DNA of 64,000 nt, from NCBI GenBank assembly GCA_050013255.1, contig JBEKFP010000002.1, positions 640,001 through 704,000 on the forward strand, read 5' to 3'. Shown piece by piece: positions 9,641-18,874 of the stretch. Within the stretch, counting starts at the first letter, position 1. Every line of letters starts with the position of its first letter. The notes beneath the pieces were generated by a model, which saw only the letters and a list, made by a program, of their open reading frames with translations, was not told where the DNA came from and ran no database searches. Position numbers and translations under genes: made by a program. The DNA is from Candidatus Bathyarchaeia archaeon (lineage in GTDB: Archaea; Thermoproteota; Bathyarchaeia; 40CM-2-53-6).

Positions 9641-11149
9641 ATGCGTGAGAACGAAGCCGCGGTAATGCGTGGCCTACAATCCTCCGGCGGCAACTGCTCA
9701 TTCGAAGAATTAGTACTAAACACTAACCAGAGTAGTGCCGCAGTCACGCGAGCCTTAACGACTCTGCAAGAGAAGCAATTTGTTCGAGTGACGGAAGCTG
9801 AACGAACAATCCTGAAGCTTACAGAAGAGGGAATGAACTACGCAAAACAAGGTTTGCCCGAAAGACGGCTTCATCATGCTGTTCTTGAGCTAGGAGGCGA
9901 AGCAACTCTTGACCAGGCGGCGAGACGTGCCAATATAGCCGCGAACCTCGCTTCCGTCGCATTGGGATGGATTAAGGTCGCTGGGTGGTGCGAGGTCACA
10001 ACTCAACTTCAAAGAGTAGTACTCAAAGCGTCCGGCATACCTGACAAGACCGATTTAGAAAAGTCACTGGAAATTCTATCAATCAAAACCGAGACCACGC
10101 TCGAGGAATTACCAAAACCTCTACGCGAAACCGTTGAGACTTTGAAAAGACGAAAGTTGGTCATAAGCAGGAAGCAGACTAAGCGTTACACGGAACTAAC
10201 CTCGCAAGGTTGGAAAGCCCTTCAGGAAGGGATAACTGTCCCGGTAGAAGTGAGCGACCTCACCCCCGAGCTACTCGTGTCCCAGCGATGGAAAAGCGCT
10301 ACGTTTCGAAAATACAACATAGCGGCTTCAGTCACTCCGACCTGGCCCGGGAAGAGACAACCGTATCGGCTGTTTCTTGACAACTTGAAGAATAAACTCG
10401 TCAACCTTGGGTTCAAGGAAATGACCGGACCCGCGGTCGAATTGATGTTCTTCAACTGCGACGCGCTCTTCATGCCGCAGGACCATCCCGCACGCGAAAT
10501 TCACGACATTTACTTCATCAAGACGAAGGATAGGGGGAGCCTAGCAGAAAATGAACGCTTCATGAACCCCGTTTCGAGCACACATGAAAACGGTTGGAAG
10601 ACGGGGTCGACTGGTTGGAAGTACTCCTACTCACGCGACGAAGCACTGAAGCTCATACTCAGAAGCCAAGGAACCGCTCTAAGCGCCCGGACCCTCGTCA
10701 GCAAGGAGCTGCAGATACCGGGGAAGTATTTCTCACTCGTGAGATGCTTTAGACCTGATCAAGTAGACCGCACTCACCTTACAGAATTCAATCAAGTTGA
10801 AGGTATAGTGGTAGGCGCTGGCCTGTCACTAAGGGACCTTTTGGGGGTGCTCGAACGCTTCGCCATAGACATTGCGGGCGCGGACAAAGTCCGTTTTAGG
10901 CCGGATTACTTCCCCTTTACCGAACCAAGCGTGGAGCTGCAAGCCTACAAGGAAGGTTATGGGTGGCTTGAGTTCGGCGGGTCAGGAATCTTCAGGCCTG
11001 AACTGACACTCCCATTAGGAATCAAAGTGCCCGTGATCGCCTGGGGCATAGGCGTGGACAGGCTGTACATGATGCGCGCTGGAATCGATGACATACGCTT
11101 CCTTTTCGCCCAAGACCTCGAATGGATGAGGAAGCAGAAGGTCCTCTAA
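9641..11149 (+). CDS. pheS: Phenylalanine--tRNA ligase alpha subunit (start ATG 9641 preferred over 9587)
   Basis: PQDHPAR, FRPDQVDRTHLTEFNQ, YFPFTEPS, GIFRPE. Confidence 0.96.
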   Translation: MRENEAAVMRGLQSSGGNCSFEELVLNTNQSSAAVTRALTTLQEKQFVRVTEAERTILKLTEEGMNYAKQGLPERRLHHAVLELGGEATLDQAARRANIAANLASVALGWIKVAGWCEVTTQLQRVVLKASGIPDKTDLEKSLEILSIKTETTLEELPKPLRETVETLKRRKLVISRKQTKRYTELTSQGWKALQEGITVPVEVSDLTPELLVSQRWKSATFRKYNIAASVTPTWPGKRQPYRLFLDNLKNKLVNLGFKEMTGPAVELMFFNCDALFMPQDHPAREIHDIYFIKTKDRGSLAENERFMNPVSSTHENGWKTGSTGWKYSYSRDEALKLILRSQGTALSARTLVSKELQIPGKYFSLVRCFRPDQVDRTHLTEFNQVEGIVVGAGLSLRDLLGVLERFAIDIAGADKVRFRPDYFPFTEPSVELQAYKEGYGWLEFGGSGIFRPELTLPLGIKVPVIAWGIGVDRLYMMRAGIDDIRFLFAQDLEWMRKQKVL

Positions 11150-11150
11150 C

Positions 11151-12863
11151 ATGGTCACCATACTCACCCGAATAGACGACCTAGAGCAGTTAGTCGGCAA
11201 GAAACTGCCGCGAAGTCACGAGCAACTGAACGAGATACTCTACTCGGTCAAATGCGAACTGTCCGGCCTAAGCCGAACAGAACCCATCCTAGAAGACTCC
11301 GAACTTCAACTTGAGAACAAGGATACAAACCGGCCGGACACTTGGAGCACCGAGGGCATAGCCCGCGCTCTGAGAGGTTTGCTGGGAATTGAAGTCGGCC
11401 TTAAGACCTACGTGCCCACCGAGAAACCTGCCGTCCAAATCAAAGTCGACAAAGAACTGAAGGACATCAGGCCGTTCATTGCTTGCGTGGTCGCCAGACA
11501 CACGAAACTGAACGACGTTATCATTCGCGGGTTGATCCACCTCCAAGACAAGCTTGACCAGAGTTATGGAAGGAAACGCCGAAGATCATCGATCGGTTTC
11601 TACGACTTTGACTTGATTACTCCTCCACTGCGCTACGGCGCGGTGGGGCCGGACGATGTAGAATTCGTGCCCCTCGAAGGAGACAAGACGATGTCGCTCC
11701 GCGAAATCTTGGAAGCCCACCCGAAGGGCCTAGAGTACGGTCACATCCTTAAGGAGCATGAGAAAATGCCCATCCTGCTTGATGCAAAACAAAAAGTGCT
11801 CTCCTTCCCGCCCATCATCAACTCTAACGACCTAGGACGGCTCACACCAGACACAAAGAACGTACTCGTCGAAGTTACAGGTTCGTCTGAAGAAACCGTA
11901 ATGAACGCCGTCACCATCCTCACAACCTCCCTCGCCGACCGGGGAGCCAAAATCTCACCAGCCACAGTCCAGTACATGTACGGTAAGGTGCGGACACTGA
12001 AAACACCGGACCTCAACGAAAGACGAATCAAACTATCCATCGATAGCCTGAAAAGTCTAATCGGCCTGGAGCTCAGCCGCCCCCAGATAGTGTCGCTGCT
12101 TCGCCACGCACGATATGATGTGACAGGTTCTGCTGGGAAACAACTGAACGTTCGTGTCCCATGCTACCGGTTGGATATTCTACATCCAGTTGACATAATC
12201 GAAGATGTGGCCATCGCTTACGGCCTAAACAAAATGGAGCCGAAATGGCCATCGGATCTAACAATCGGCGGCCTCTCACCGATGGAAGAGTTCTCGGACA
12301 ATGTGAGGGCGTTGATGGTAGGACTTGGGTTCCAGGAGATGCTGGGGTTCATGATGACAAACGAGGAAAAGTTGTTCACGAAGATGAACAAGCAACCTGG
12401 CCAAGTGGTTGAGATTGCGAACCCGAAGATTATGACAATGAGATGCCTACGCCCCTGGCTGCTGCCAGACTTGATGGACTTCCTAGCGAACAACACCCAC
12501 GTCGAGTATCCTCAAAGAGTGTTTGAGGCCGGAGACTGCACAATCTGGGATCCGACCGTTCCGAACCGGGCGAGAGATATCCGCAGGTTGGCCTGCGTCT
12601 CATCTCACTCGAAAGCCAATTTTACGGAGATGAAATCTTACCTCGAACCGCTCATGCTCAACCTTGGATTCGAATTCACATTGAACCAAACCCTTGACCC
12701 AAGCTACTTGGAAGGTAGGGTCGGTAGCATTCTTATTGGCGAGCGAGAGGTTGGAGTAATAGGAGAGGTTCACCCACAAGTCCTCGAAAATTGGAAACTA
12801 GAAGACCCCGTAACCGCAATGGAGCTTGACCTTGACCAACTCTTCCAGTTGCAAAGACATTAG
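11151..12863 (+). CDS. pheT: Phenylalanine--tRNA ligase beta subunit
   Basis: DTNRPD, SFPPIINS, RLDILHPVDIIEDVAIAYG, GEVHPQVL. Confidence 0.96.
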   Translation: MVTILTRIDDLEQLVGKKLPRSHEQLNEILYSVKCELSGLSRTEPILEDSELQLENKDTNRPDTWSTEGIARALRGLLGIEVGLKTYVPTEKPAVQIKVDKELKDIRPFIACVVARHTKLNDVIIRGLIHLQDKLDQSYGRKRRRSSIGFYDFDLITPPLRYGAVGPDDVEFVPLEGDKTMSLREILEAHPKGLEYGHILKEHEKMPILLDAKQKVLSFPPIINSNDLGRLTPDTKNVLVEVTGSSEETVMNAVTILTTSLADRGAKISPATVQYMYGKVRTLKTPDLNERRIKLSIDSLKSLIGLELSRPQIVSLLRHARYDVTGSAGKQLNVRVPCYRLDILHPVDIIEDVAIAYGLNKMEPKWPSDLTIGGLSPMEEFSDNVRALMVGLGFQEMLGFMMTNEEKLFTKMNKQPGQVVEIANPKIMTMRCLRPWLLPDLMDFLANNTHVEYPQRVFEAGDCTIWDPTVPNRARDIRRLACVSSHSKANFTEMKSYLEPLMLNLGFEFTLNQTLDPSYLEGRVGSILIGEREVGVIGEVHPQVLENWKLEDPVTAMELDLDQLFQLQRH

Positions 12864-12864
12864 G

Positions 12865-13006
12865 TTCGTTGGAGAGGCACCAGAGCCGCCCACCTCCGAG
12901 AGAGCCAACTGAGTGGGGCGATGCCCTCCGGTGAAGTTTGCGTGTTAGTGTCGTGGGCGATAGGGGTCGGATCGTTCCGGCCCTGCGGCGAATCCCCTCC
13001 AACGAA
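12865..13006. ncRNA. Putative structured RNA of unknown family between pheT and tyrS
   Basis: Closing stem TTCGTTGGAG(A)GG/CC(C)CTCCAACGAA encloses CACCAGAG/CTCCGGTG, CGCCCACCTC/GAGTGGGGCG and GGGTCGGA/TCCGGCCC. Confidence 0.5.
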
Positions 13007-13053
13007 AGAAGAATAGCACAGCCCACACAATTAGAACTTGAGAGGGAAGAAAC

Positions 13054-14142
13054 TTGGACGTAGAAACACGACTAGGTCTCGTCTCTAGGGACACTGAAGA
13101 GATCATAACACGAGAAGAGCTACGAACGATTTTGGAGACTAAGAACCGCCCACGCGCTTACTGGGGCTTCGAGTCAAGCGGGATGATGCACATAGGGATG
13201 GGCCTCGTGTGCGGCAGGAAGATCATGGACCTAATTGAGGCTGGTTTCGATTTCAACGTATTCCTCGCCGACTGGCATGCTTGGATAAACAACAAGCTAG
13301 GAGGTCGGATGGAAAATATTCGAACCTGCGGAGAATACATCAAACAATGCTTCACCGCGATAGGGATCCCACCCTCGGTGGCCACGTATTCTTGGGCGTC
13401 TGATTTAGCGGGGAAAAGGGAATACTGGGAAAGGGTTGTACGAATCGGCAAGTCCATCAACGTAAACCGAGTATGGCGTGCGCTGCCAATTATGGGCAGG
13501 GAAATGGATAGCAAAGACCTCGAAGCCGCCTCAACCTTTTACCCATGCATGCAGGCGGCCGACATATTCGAACTACAGGTAGACGTCGCATGCGCAGGAA
13601 TAGACCAGAGAAAAGCTCACGCCTTAGCACGCGATGTCGCAGACAAGCTAAGATGGCCGAAACCAACAAGCCTGCACACACCTCTGCTCATAGGGCTAGC
13701 AGGGGCGAAAAGGATGGACACGGGCAAGTTCGATGAAAATCGGGAGGTCAGCTTCCAAATCTCCTCTAAGATGTCAAAGAGCATCACGGAAAGCGGAATA
13801 ATCGTCCACGACGAACCAGAAACAATCACGCACAAACTCAAGGGTGCCTACTGCCCCCAAAAGGAAACAGAGAACAACCCAGTCCTCGAAATCGCTCGCC
13901 ACATCATCTTTCCTTGGGCCAAGTCAGTCACAATGGATAGGCCGAGCAAGTACGGCGGCCCCGCAACATTCACCACGTACAAGGATCTAGAAACGGAATA
14001 TCGCCAAGGTAAGATTCACCCACTCGATCTGAAGACCTCAGTTGCGGAAGGCCTCATCAAAATCCTCGAACCAGTCCGAGAAGAATTCGAGAAACGTCCA
14101 GAACTACTTCACAAAATGGAACAAATGGAAATAACAAGGTAA
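13054..14142 (+). CDS. tyrS: Tyrosine--tRNA ligase
   Basis: AYWGFESSG, MHIG, LADWHAWIN, YPCMQAADIF, DQRKAH, KMSKS, HPLDLK. Confidence 0.96.
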   Translation: MDVETRLGLVSRDTEEIITREELRTILETKNRPRAYWGFESSGMMHIGMGLVCGRKIMDLIEAGFDFNVFLADWHAWINNKLGGRMENIRTCGEYIKQCFTAIGIPPSVATYSWASDLAGKREYWERVVRIGKSINVNRVWRALPIMGREMDSKDLEAASTFYPCMQAADIFELQVDVACAGIDQRKAHALARDVADKLRWPKPTSLHTPLLIGLAGAKRMDTGKFDENREVSFQISSKMSKSITESGIIVHDEPETITHKLKGAYCPQKETENNPVLEIARHIIFPWAKSVTMDRPSKYGGPATFTTYKDLETEYRQGKIHPLDLKTSVAEGLIKILEPVREEFEKRPELLHKMEQMEITR

Positions 14143-14151
14143 CAACCCGCA

Positions 14152-14643
14152 ATGCGTGCCCCCGCCGAAGTAAGGCTTGAACGGTTAGAGAAACTCATTC
14201 AACGAGTCACCCACGAGTCTGAACAAGGCGGCATCATCATAGTCGAAGGAACACGCGACCGAGAATCCCTCCGCAAACTAGGAATCCCTGGGACAATCCT
14301 CTGCTTGCAGAGCAGCCGAAAAAACCCGGCAGGCTTCGTTGAGGATCTGCAGCCATATAGTAAGGTGATAGTTCTCACGGACTTCGACCACGAAGGCGTC
14401 TTTCTAGCGAAGCGTCTCGCCCGGACATTATACTACCAGAAGATTCACGTGAACCTGGTCTTATGGCGCGAGCTCCGAGGATTGACACGATCGGACGTTC
14501 GCAGCGTAGAAGAACTACCGAAATTCCACTCCCGTCTTAGGACCGTAGTATTTTTCGGCCCTCAGTCCACCGGACGTGAATATGAAAACCCATATTTCGT
14601 AGGGAGGCACAAAGTGCGAAGCAAGTTTCTGAGGAAACCTTGA
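14152..14643 (+). CDS. Small stand-alone TOPRIM domain protein
   Basis: IIVEGTRD...VIVLTDFDHEG. Confidence 0.85.
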   Translation: MRAPAEVRLERLEKLIQRVTHESEQGGIIIVEGTRDRESLRKLGIPGTILCLQSSRKNPAGFVEDLQPYSKVIVLTDFDHEGVFLAKRLARTLYYQKIHVNLVLWRELRGLTRSDVRSVEELPKFHSRLRTVVFFGPQSTGREYENPYFVGRHKVRSKFLRKP

Positions 14644-15303
14644 ATGCGATTCAATATTCTTCTGTCATGCATTCTAATCTTAGTCTCAATATGTGCAATT
14701 CCACCGGCAATTCTGAACTCTAGGCCGGCGGATACTTCTACGACAACCGTGACACTAACCACGATTTTTCCAATTGCAAATGAGACCTACTGTGGCGTGG
14801 ATGCGGCGCCCATACCGTTCACAGGACCAGTCCACATAACCTTCCATTCAACTCTGCCCATGGATTTTTACATCTTCCAAACCCTCAACTACATTCCTTG
14901 CGGACAACATCTCCGAGTTGAGGATCTGGCGTCGAATGGATGTGTACTCGCGGAATGGGATGCCACTAAACTCAACCTCAACCAAAGTCTCCCATCAGCA
15001 TATTTCATATTCCTTGTCGCATGGGGCAAACCTGCGGATATCAACGGCGCGACTGCAACCATCATAATGAGCGGAACTCCTCAAAACACCAGCACGACGC
15101 AAGTTAACCTTACACCTTACACAACAATGCATCCTAGCACCTCAGCATCACTTGAGATGCCTCAACCACCACGAACTGCCTCGACACAATCAACAAGCAT
15201 CACAGAAGAAGCATTGGGTGTGGTCGTCATAGCCGGAATCGCATTATACCTACTCGTGAGGAGACGCGTCAAGCATTCTCAGAAGTTGTCAGTGCCACCC
15301 TAG
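14644..15303 (+). CDS. Secreted/surface protein with C-terminal membrane anchor
   Basis: Signal peptide, Thr/Ser-rich linkers, C-terminal TM followed by RRRVK. Confidence 0.7.
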   Translation: MRFNILLSCILILVSICAIPPAILNSRPADTSTTTVTLTTIFPIANETYCGVDAAPIPFTGPVHITFHSTLPMDFYIFQTLNYIPCGQHLRVEDLASNGCVLAEWDATKLNLNQSLPSAYFIFLVAWGKPADINGATATIIMSGTPQNTSTTQVNLTPYTTMHPSTSASLEMPQPPRTASTQSTSITEEALGVVVIAGIALYLLVRRRVKHSQKLSVPP

Positions 15304-15488
15304 TTAACAGCTTAACCTAGAATCCTGCTTCTCAACTGATAACAACATCTCTCATCTCTCCGTGTCAACGCCTGCCCCGTTCGGATATTTCGTGCACGGC
15401 GTTTTAGTGCATCGAGCGAAATTTGCAATGCAAAATAGTGCACCTGCCGCCAAACCATTCAGACCGAGTTCAATTTCCATCGGAGACC

Positions 15489-16487
15489 TTATAGAAATTT
15501 CGACATGGTTTGCACCATGTCAACCAGCCTGTTCGAGTAGCCCCACTCGTTATCGTACCATGCGAAGACTTTGACCAACCTATTGTCGAGAACCATGGTT
15601 GAGAGTGAATCGAAAACGGCTGAGTGTGGGTTCCCGATAATGTCAGAGGAGACTAGGGGCTCCTCAGAGTATTCTAGGATATGCTGCATGGGACCGTTCG
15701 CCGCATTTTGGAATGCCTTGTTCACGTAGTCAACGGTGATGTCACGGCCGACTTCAGCCACGAAGTCAACAATGGATCCGTCAGGGACAGGTACTCGTAG
15801 CGCCACGCCGTCAACCTTGCCCTTCAGCTCAGGGATGACCTCAGTTGTCGCGATGGCAGCGCCTGTGGAGGTGGGAATTATTGAGAGCGCTGCTGCCCTC
15901 GCCCGCCTCAAATCGCTATGTGGCAGGTCGTGGAGTCGTTGGTCGCCCGTGTACGCGTGGGCAGTGGTCATAAAACCATGCTTTATCGTGCACGAGTCAT
16001 TCAGCACCTTGACCACTGGCGTCACACAGTTCGTGGTGCAGGATGCAAGTGAGACTACGTCATGCTTCTTCGGGTCGTACTTATCCAAGTTCACTCCCGG
16101 GACAATCGTGATGTCAGGATTCTTGGCAGGAGCGGAAATCAGGACCTTCTTGGCGCCGCCTCTCATATGCTTCACAGCCATGTCCCGACTCGTAAACAGC
16201 CCTGTGGATTCGACCACAATCTCGACGCCGTACTTAGACCAAGGGATTTCGCCGGGATCCTTGACGGACAGTATCTTCACCGGTTTTCCGTCCACCTTGA
16301 AACCGTCAGGCTCTAGGCTGACGGTTCGGCTAAATTTCCCGAACACTGAATCATACTTGAGCAAGTGAGCAGCCGTCTTAGGATCCATGATATCGTTTGC
16401 TGCGACGATATTCAAGCCAGCCTCTGTCGCAGCCCTGAAGAAGCAGCGGCCAATTCTTCCGAAACCGTTAATTCCAATTCGCGACAC
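15489..16487 (-). CDS. gap: Type I (bacterial-type) glyceraldehyde-3-phosphate dehydrogenase
   Basis: GINGFGRIGR, ASCTTNC, IIPTSTGAA, RVPVPDGS, WYDNEWGYSNR; GTG start at 16487 after a GGAGG site. Confidence 0.96.
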   Translation of the reverse strand: MSRIGINGFGRIGRCFFRAATEAGLNIVAANDIMDPKTAAHLLKYDSVFGKFSRTVSLEPDGFKVDGKPVKILSVKDPGEIPWSKYGVEIVVESTGLFTSRDMAVKHMRGGAKKVLISAPAKNPDITIVPGVNLDKYDPKKHDVVSLASCTTNCVTPVVKVLNDSCTIKHGFMTTAHAYTGDQRLHDLPHSDLRRARAAALSIIPTSTGAAIATTEVIPELKGKVDGVALRVPVPDGSIVDFVAEVGRDITVDYVNKAFQNAANGPMQHILEYSEEPLVSSDIIGNPHSAVFDSLSTMVLDNRLVKVFAWYDNEWGYSNRLVDMVQTMSKFL

Positions 16488-16733
16488 GATTGCGCAACCT
16501 CCTGCCTGAAACGACGAACGATGAGATAAGATGTTCCCTCGGTAATACATTTTTGCTGATTACTAGATCATAGTATTGATTGGCGCTGTATCCGGAACTC
16601 CCCGTGTCTTTCACTTTCTTTCCATACTTCCAGAGTTCTGAGCTTCGTTCCAAGTTCGGCTAGTTCACAGTGTCAGGGGAGCCGCACGACTTGGCAGGCA
16701 GAGGTAAATTCAACATGCATGTTTTGAGGTATC

Positions 16734-17483
16734 ATGCGGCTGCATGCTATTTCACTGACTGCAATAGTGATTCTATTTCTTGGGGCATCAACAGGTTTGG
16801 CTTCAGCCCAGTCGCCCGTCTCCGGTGACATATTTTACTTTCACTTGAAGGCCGTGACATACCGTAGCGAGAACGCCTCTGCCACGCTTGTTGAAGAAGC
16901 CAATTTGACGGCCCCTTCAGGTTCAACTCCAAGAGTCTTTGAAGTCGCCGCGGCTATCCGAAACGCTACGACAATCTTCGGTACTATCTGGGTAGGATCC
17001 GTTGCTTGGGTGACTGGACCACTAACGGAACCTACAATGCTTGACGGAACCGCAACATTCACAGTGTGGCTCTCAAGCGACGACGTTACCCCATCCTTCT
17101 CTGGTGTGGGGGCAGGGGTTGCAGTTCTCAATCAACAAAATCAGACCGTTGGAAACTACCGTTACGCCTTCGACTACGCGCGCGGCAAGGCTCTCACCGG
17201 AACCCCGACGCTTTACAGTTTCAATGTCGAACTCAACCAAAACGTCTCTGCAGGCCAGAGACTGGTTTTCGCTGTTGGGGTGGGTTCGACGACTGAGGGG
17301 TGGCGTATGAATGTCTTTTTCGACGACGTACAACACTCTAGCGGCGTCCAACTACCCACGGCCGTAACCGTAGTCCCGGAATTCGACGCTGCCACATTTT
17401 TCCTGGCAATTCTCATCCCAACGATTCTATCGTTAACGATACCGCAACAAGCGATTCGGGGCAAGAAAGCCAGGCCTAGTTGA
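16734..17483 (+). CDS. Secreted protein with PEF-CTERM-like sorting signal
   Basis: Signal peptide; C-terminal VVPEF, hydrophobic stretch, then basic tail. Confidence 0.7.
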   Translation: MRLHAISLTAIVILFLGASTGLASAQSPVSGDIFYFHLKAVTYRSENASATLVEEANLTAPSGSTPRVFEVAAAIRNATTIFGTIWVGSVAWVTGPLTEPTMLDGTATFTVWLSSDDVTPSFSGVGAGVAVLNQQNQTVGNYRYAFDYARGKALTGTPTLYSFNVELNQNVSAGQRLVFAVGVGSTTEGWRMNVFFDDVQHSSGVQLPTAVTVVPEFDAATFFLAILIPTILSLTIPQQAIRGKKARPS

Positions 17484-17686
17484 GGAAAAGTTCTGAAAGA
17501 GAACGAGGGCCTGAATGAGATATGTCTCCCGAGCAATACCGGTCCAGTGATTCCGAATCTGCCTGTGCATAGCATTTATATGGGGTACTTCGAAAGGTAC
17601 GTTTTGGATGCTCATGTCAGTTACTTACGCTTCGCTTCCTCTGTATACCGAAGCAAACATGAGCAAATTAGGAGGTTCAATCATAA

Positions 17687-18874
17687 TTGGGAGCAAATTC
17701 ACAATATGCACCTACGACCAAGTATATGATCGTCGCCCGTTTCGAAGTGGAGGGCGTCGTAGAGAAGCCTGACGTGATAGGCGCCATATTCGGTCAAACA
17801 GAAGGATTGTTTGGTCCGGACCTGGATCTACGCGAGCTTCAAAAATCCGGTCGAATCGGACGCATAGAAATTCAATTGGAATCCAAACAGGATAAAACAT
17901 TTGGAGCAATCACCATCCCGTCGAGCCTTGACAAGACCTCGACAGCCATTATCGCAGCCGCTGTACAAAGCGTGGACCGCATAGGTCCATGCATCGCCAA
18001 AGTCACATTGGACAAGGTCGCCGACATCAGAGAAGAAAAACGTAAGGTGATTCTGGACAAGGCGAAGGACATTCTCCGCACTTGGGTCATTGAAGACTCA
18101 CCAAGCACAGACGAGATGGTCAAGGACGTATCGGGCGTAATCCGCTCGTCAGACGTTGCCGAGTATGGGGCGGATCATCTTCCCGCAGGTCCAGACGTTT
18201 CCACCAGTGCAGCCGTAATTTTCGTTGAAGGCAGGGCTGACATCGTCAACCTTCTCCGATGTGGAATTAGAAACGCAGTAGCGATTGAAGGGACGAAGAT
18301 TCCCCGGACTATAATGGACCTAGCGAAAACTAAGGAAACGACTGCCTTCCTCGATGGGGACAGGGGCGGGGACCTGATTTTGAAGGAATTGATGCAGGTT
18401 GCTCCGGTGGATTATGTTGCACGGGCTCCTCTGGGTAAGGAAGTCGAAGACCTAGTGCCGAAAGAAATCCTGAAGGCCCTGCGCGAGAAAGTGCCAGTTG
18501 AAACCGCAAGGCCCCCAGGGACACGCCCCCCAGAACCAGTTCATGTTCCAACGCGACCACCTCCCGCGCAGCTGCCTCAAAACGTTGTAGTCAAAGCCCG
18601 CGAACTCAGGGGCTCCCTGGAAGGGGTGTTGCTCGACCAGAACCTGAATGAGATTGCCAAGTTACCCGTAAGCGAACTTGCAGGCAAACTCGCTGACTAC
18701 CAAGGGGTTGATACCATCGTCTTCGACGGAGTGGTCACTCAAAGGTTGGTAGATTTGGCTGAGGAGCGAGGCATCAAATTACTTGTGGGAGACCGGATCG
18801 CGGACCTAGCACGTAGGCCCGCCTCAATTAGGATCATGACCCTCCCCGAAGTCGCTGGCCCGCCAACGGCCTAG
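17687..18874 (+). CDS. dnaG: Archaeal DnaG (primase-like, exosome-associated)
   Basis: GVVEKPDVIGAIFGQTEGL, FVEGRAD, FLDGDRGG; GGAGG upstream. Confidence 0.95.
   Translation: MGANSQYAPTTKYMIVARFEVEGVVEKPDVIGAIFGQTEGLFGPDLDLRELQKSGRIGRIEIQLESKQDKTFGAITIPSSLDKTSTAIIAAAVQSVDRIGPCIAKVTLDKVADIREEKRKVILDKAKDILRTWVIEDSPSTDEMVKDVSGVIRSSDVAEYGADHLPAGPDVSTSAAVIFVEGRADIVNLLRCGIRNAVAIEGTKIPRTIMDLAKTKETTAFLDGDRGGDLILKELMQVAPVDYVARAPLGKEVEDLVPKEILKALREKVPVETARPPGTRPPEPVHVPTRPPPAQLPQNVVVKARELRGSLEGVLLDQNLNEIAKLPVSELAGKLADYQGVDTIVFDGVVTQRLVDLAEERGIKLLVGDRIADLARRPASIRIMTLPEVAGPPTA

Noticed and set aside
12865-13006. T-box or HDV-like ribozyme identity for the pheT-tyrS RNA (contains GGCGAAT)
   Set aside because: No UGGNACC or Tyr specifier, and I could not build the P1/P3/L3 pseudoknot.
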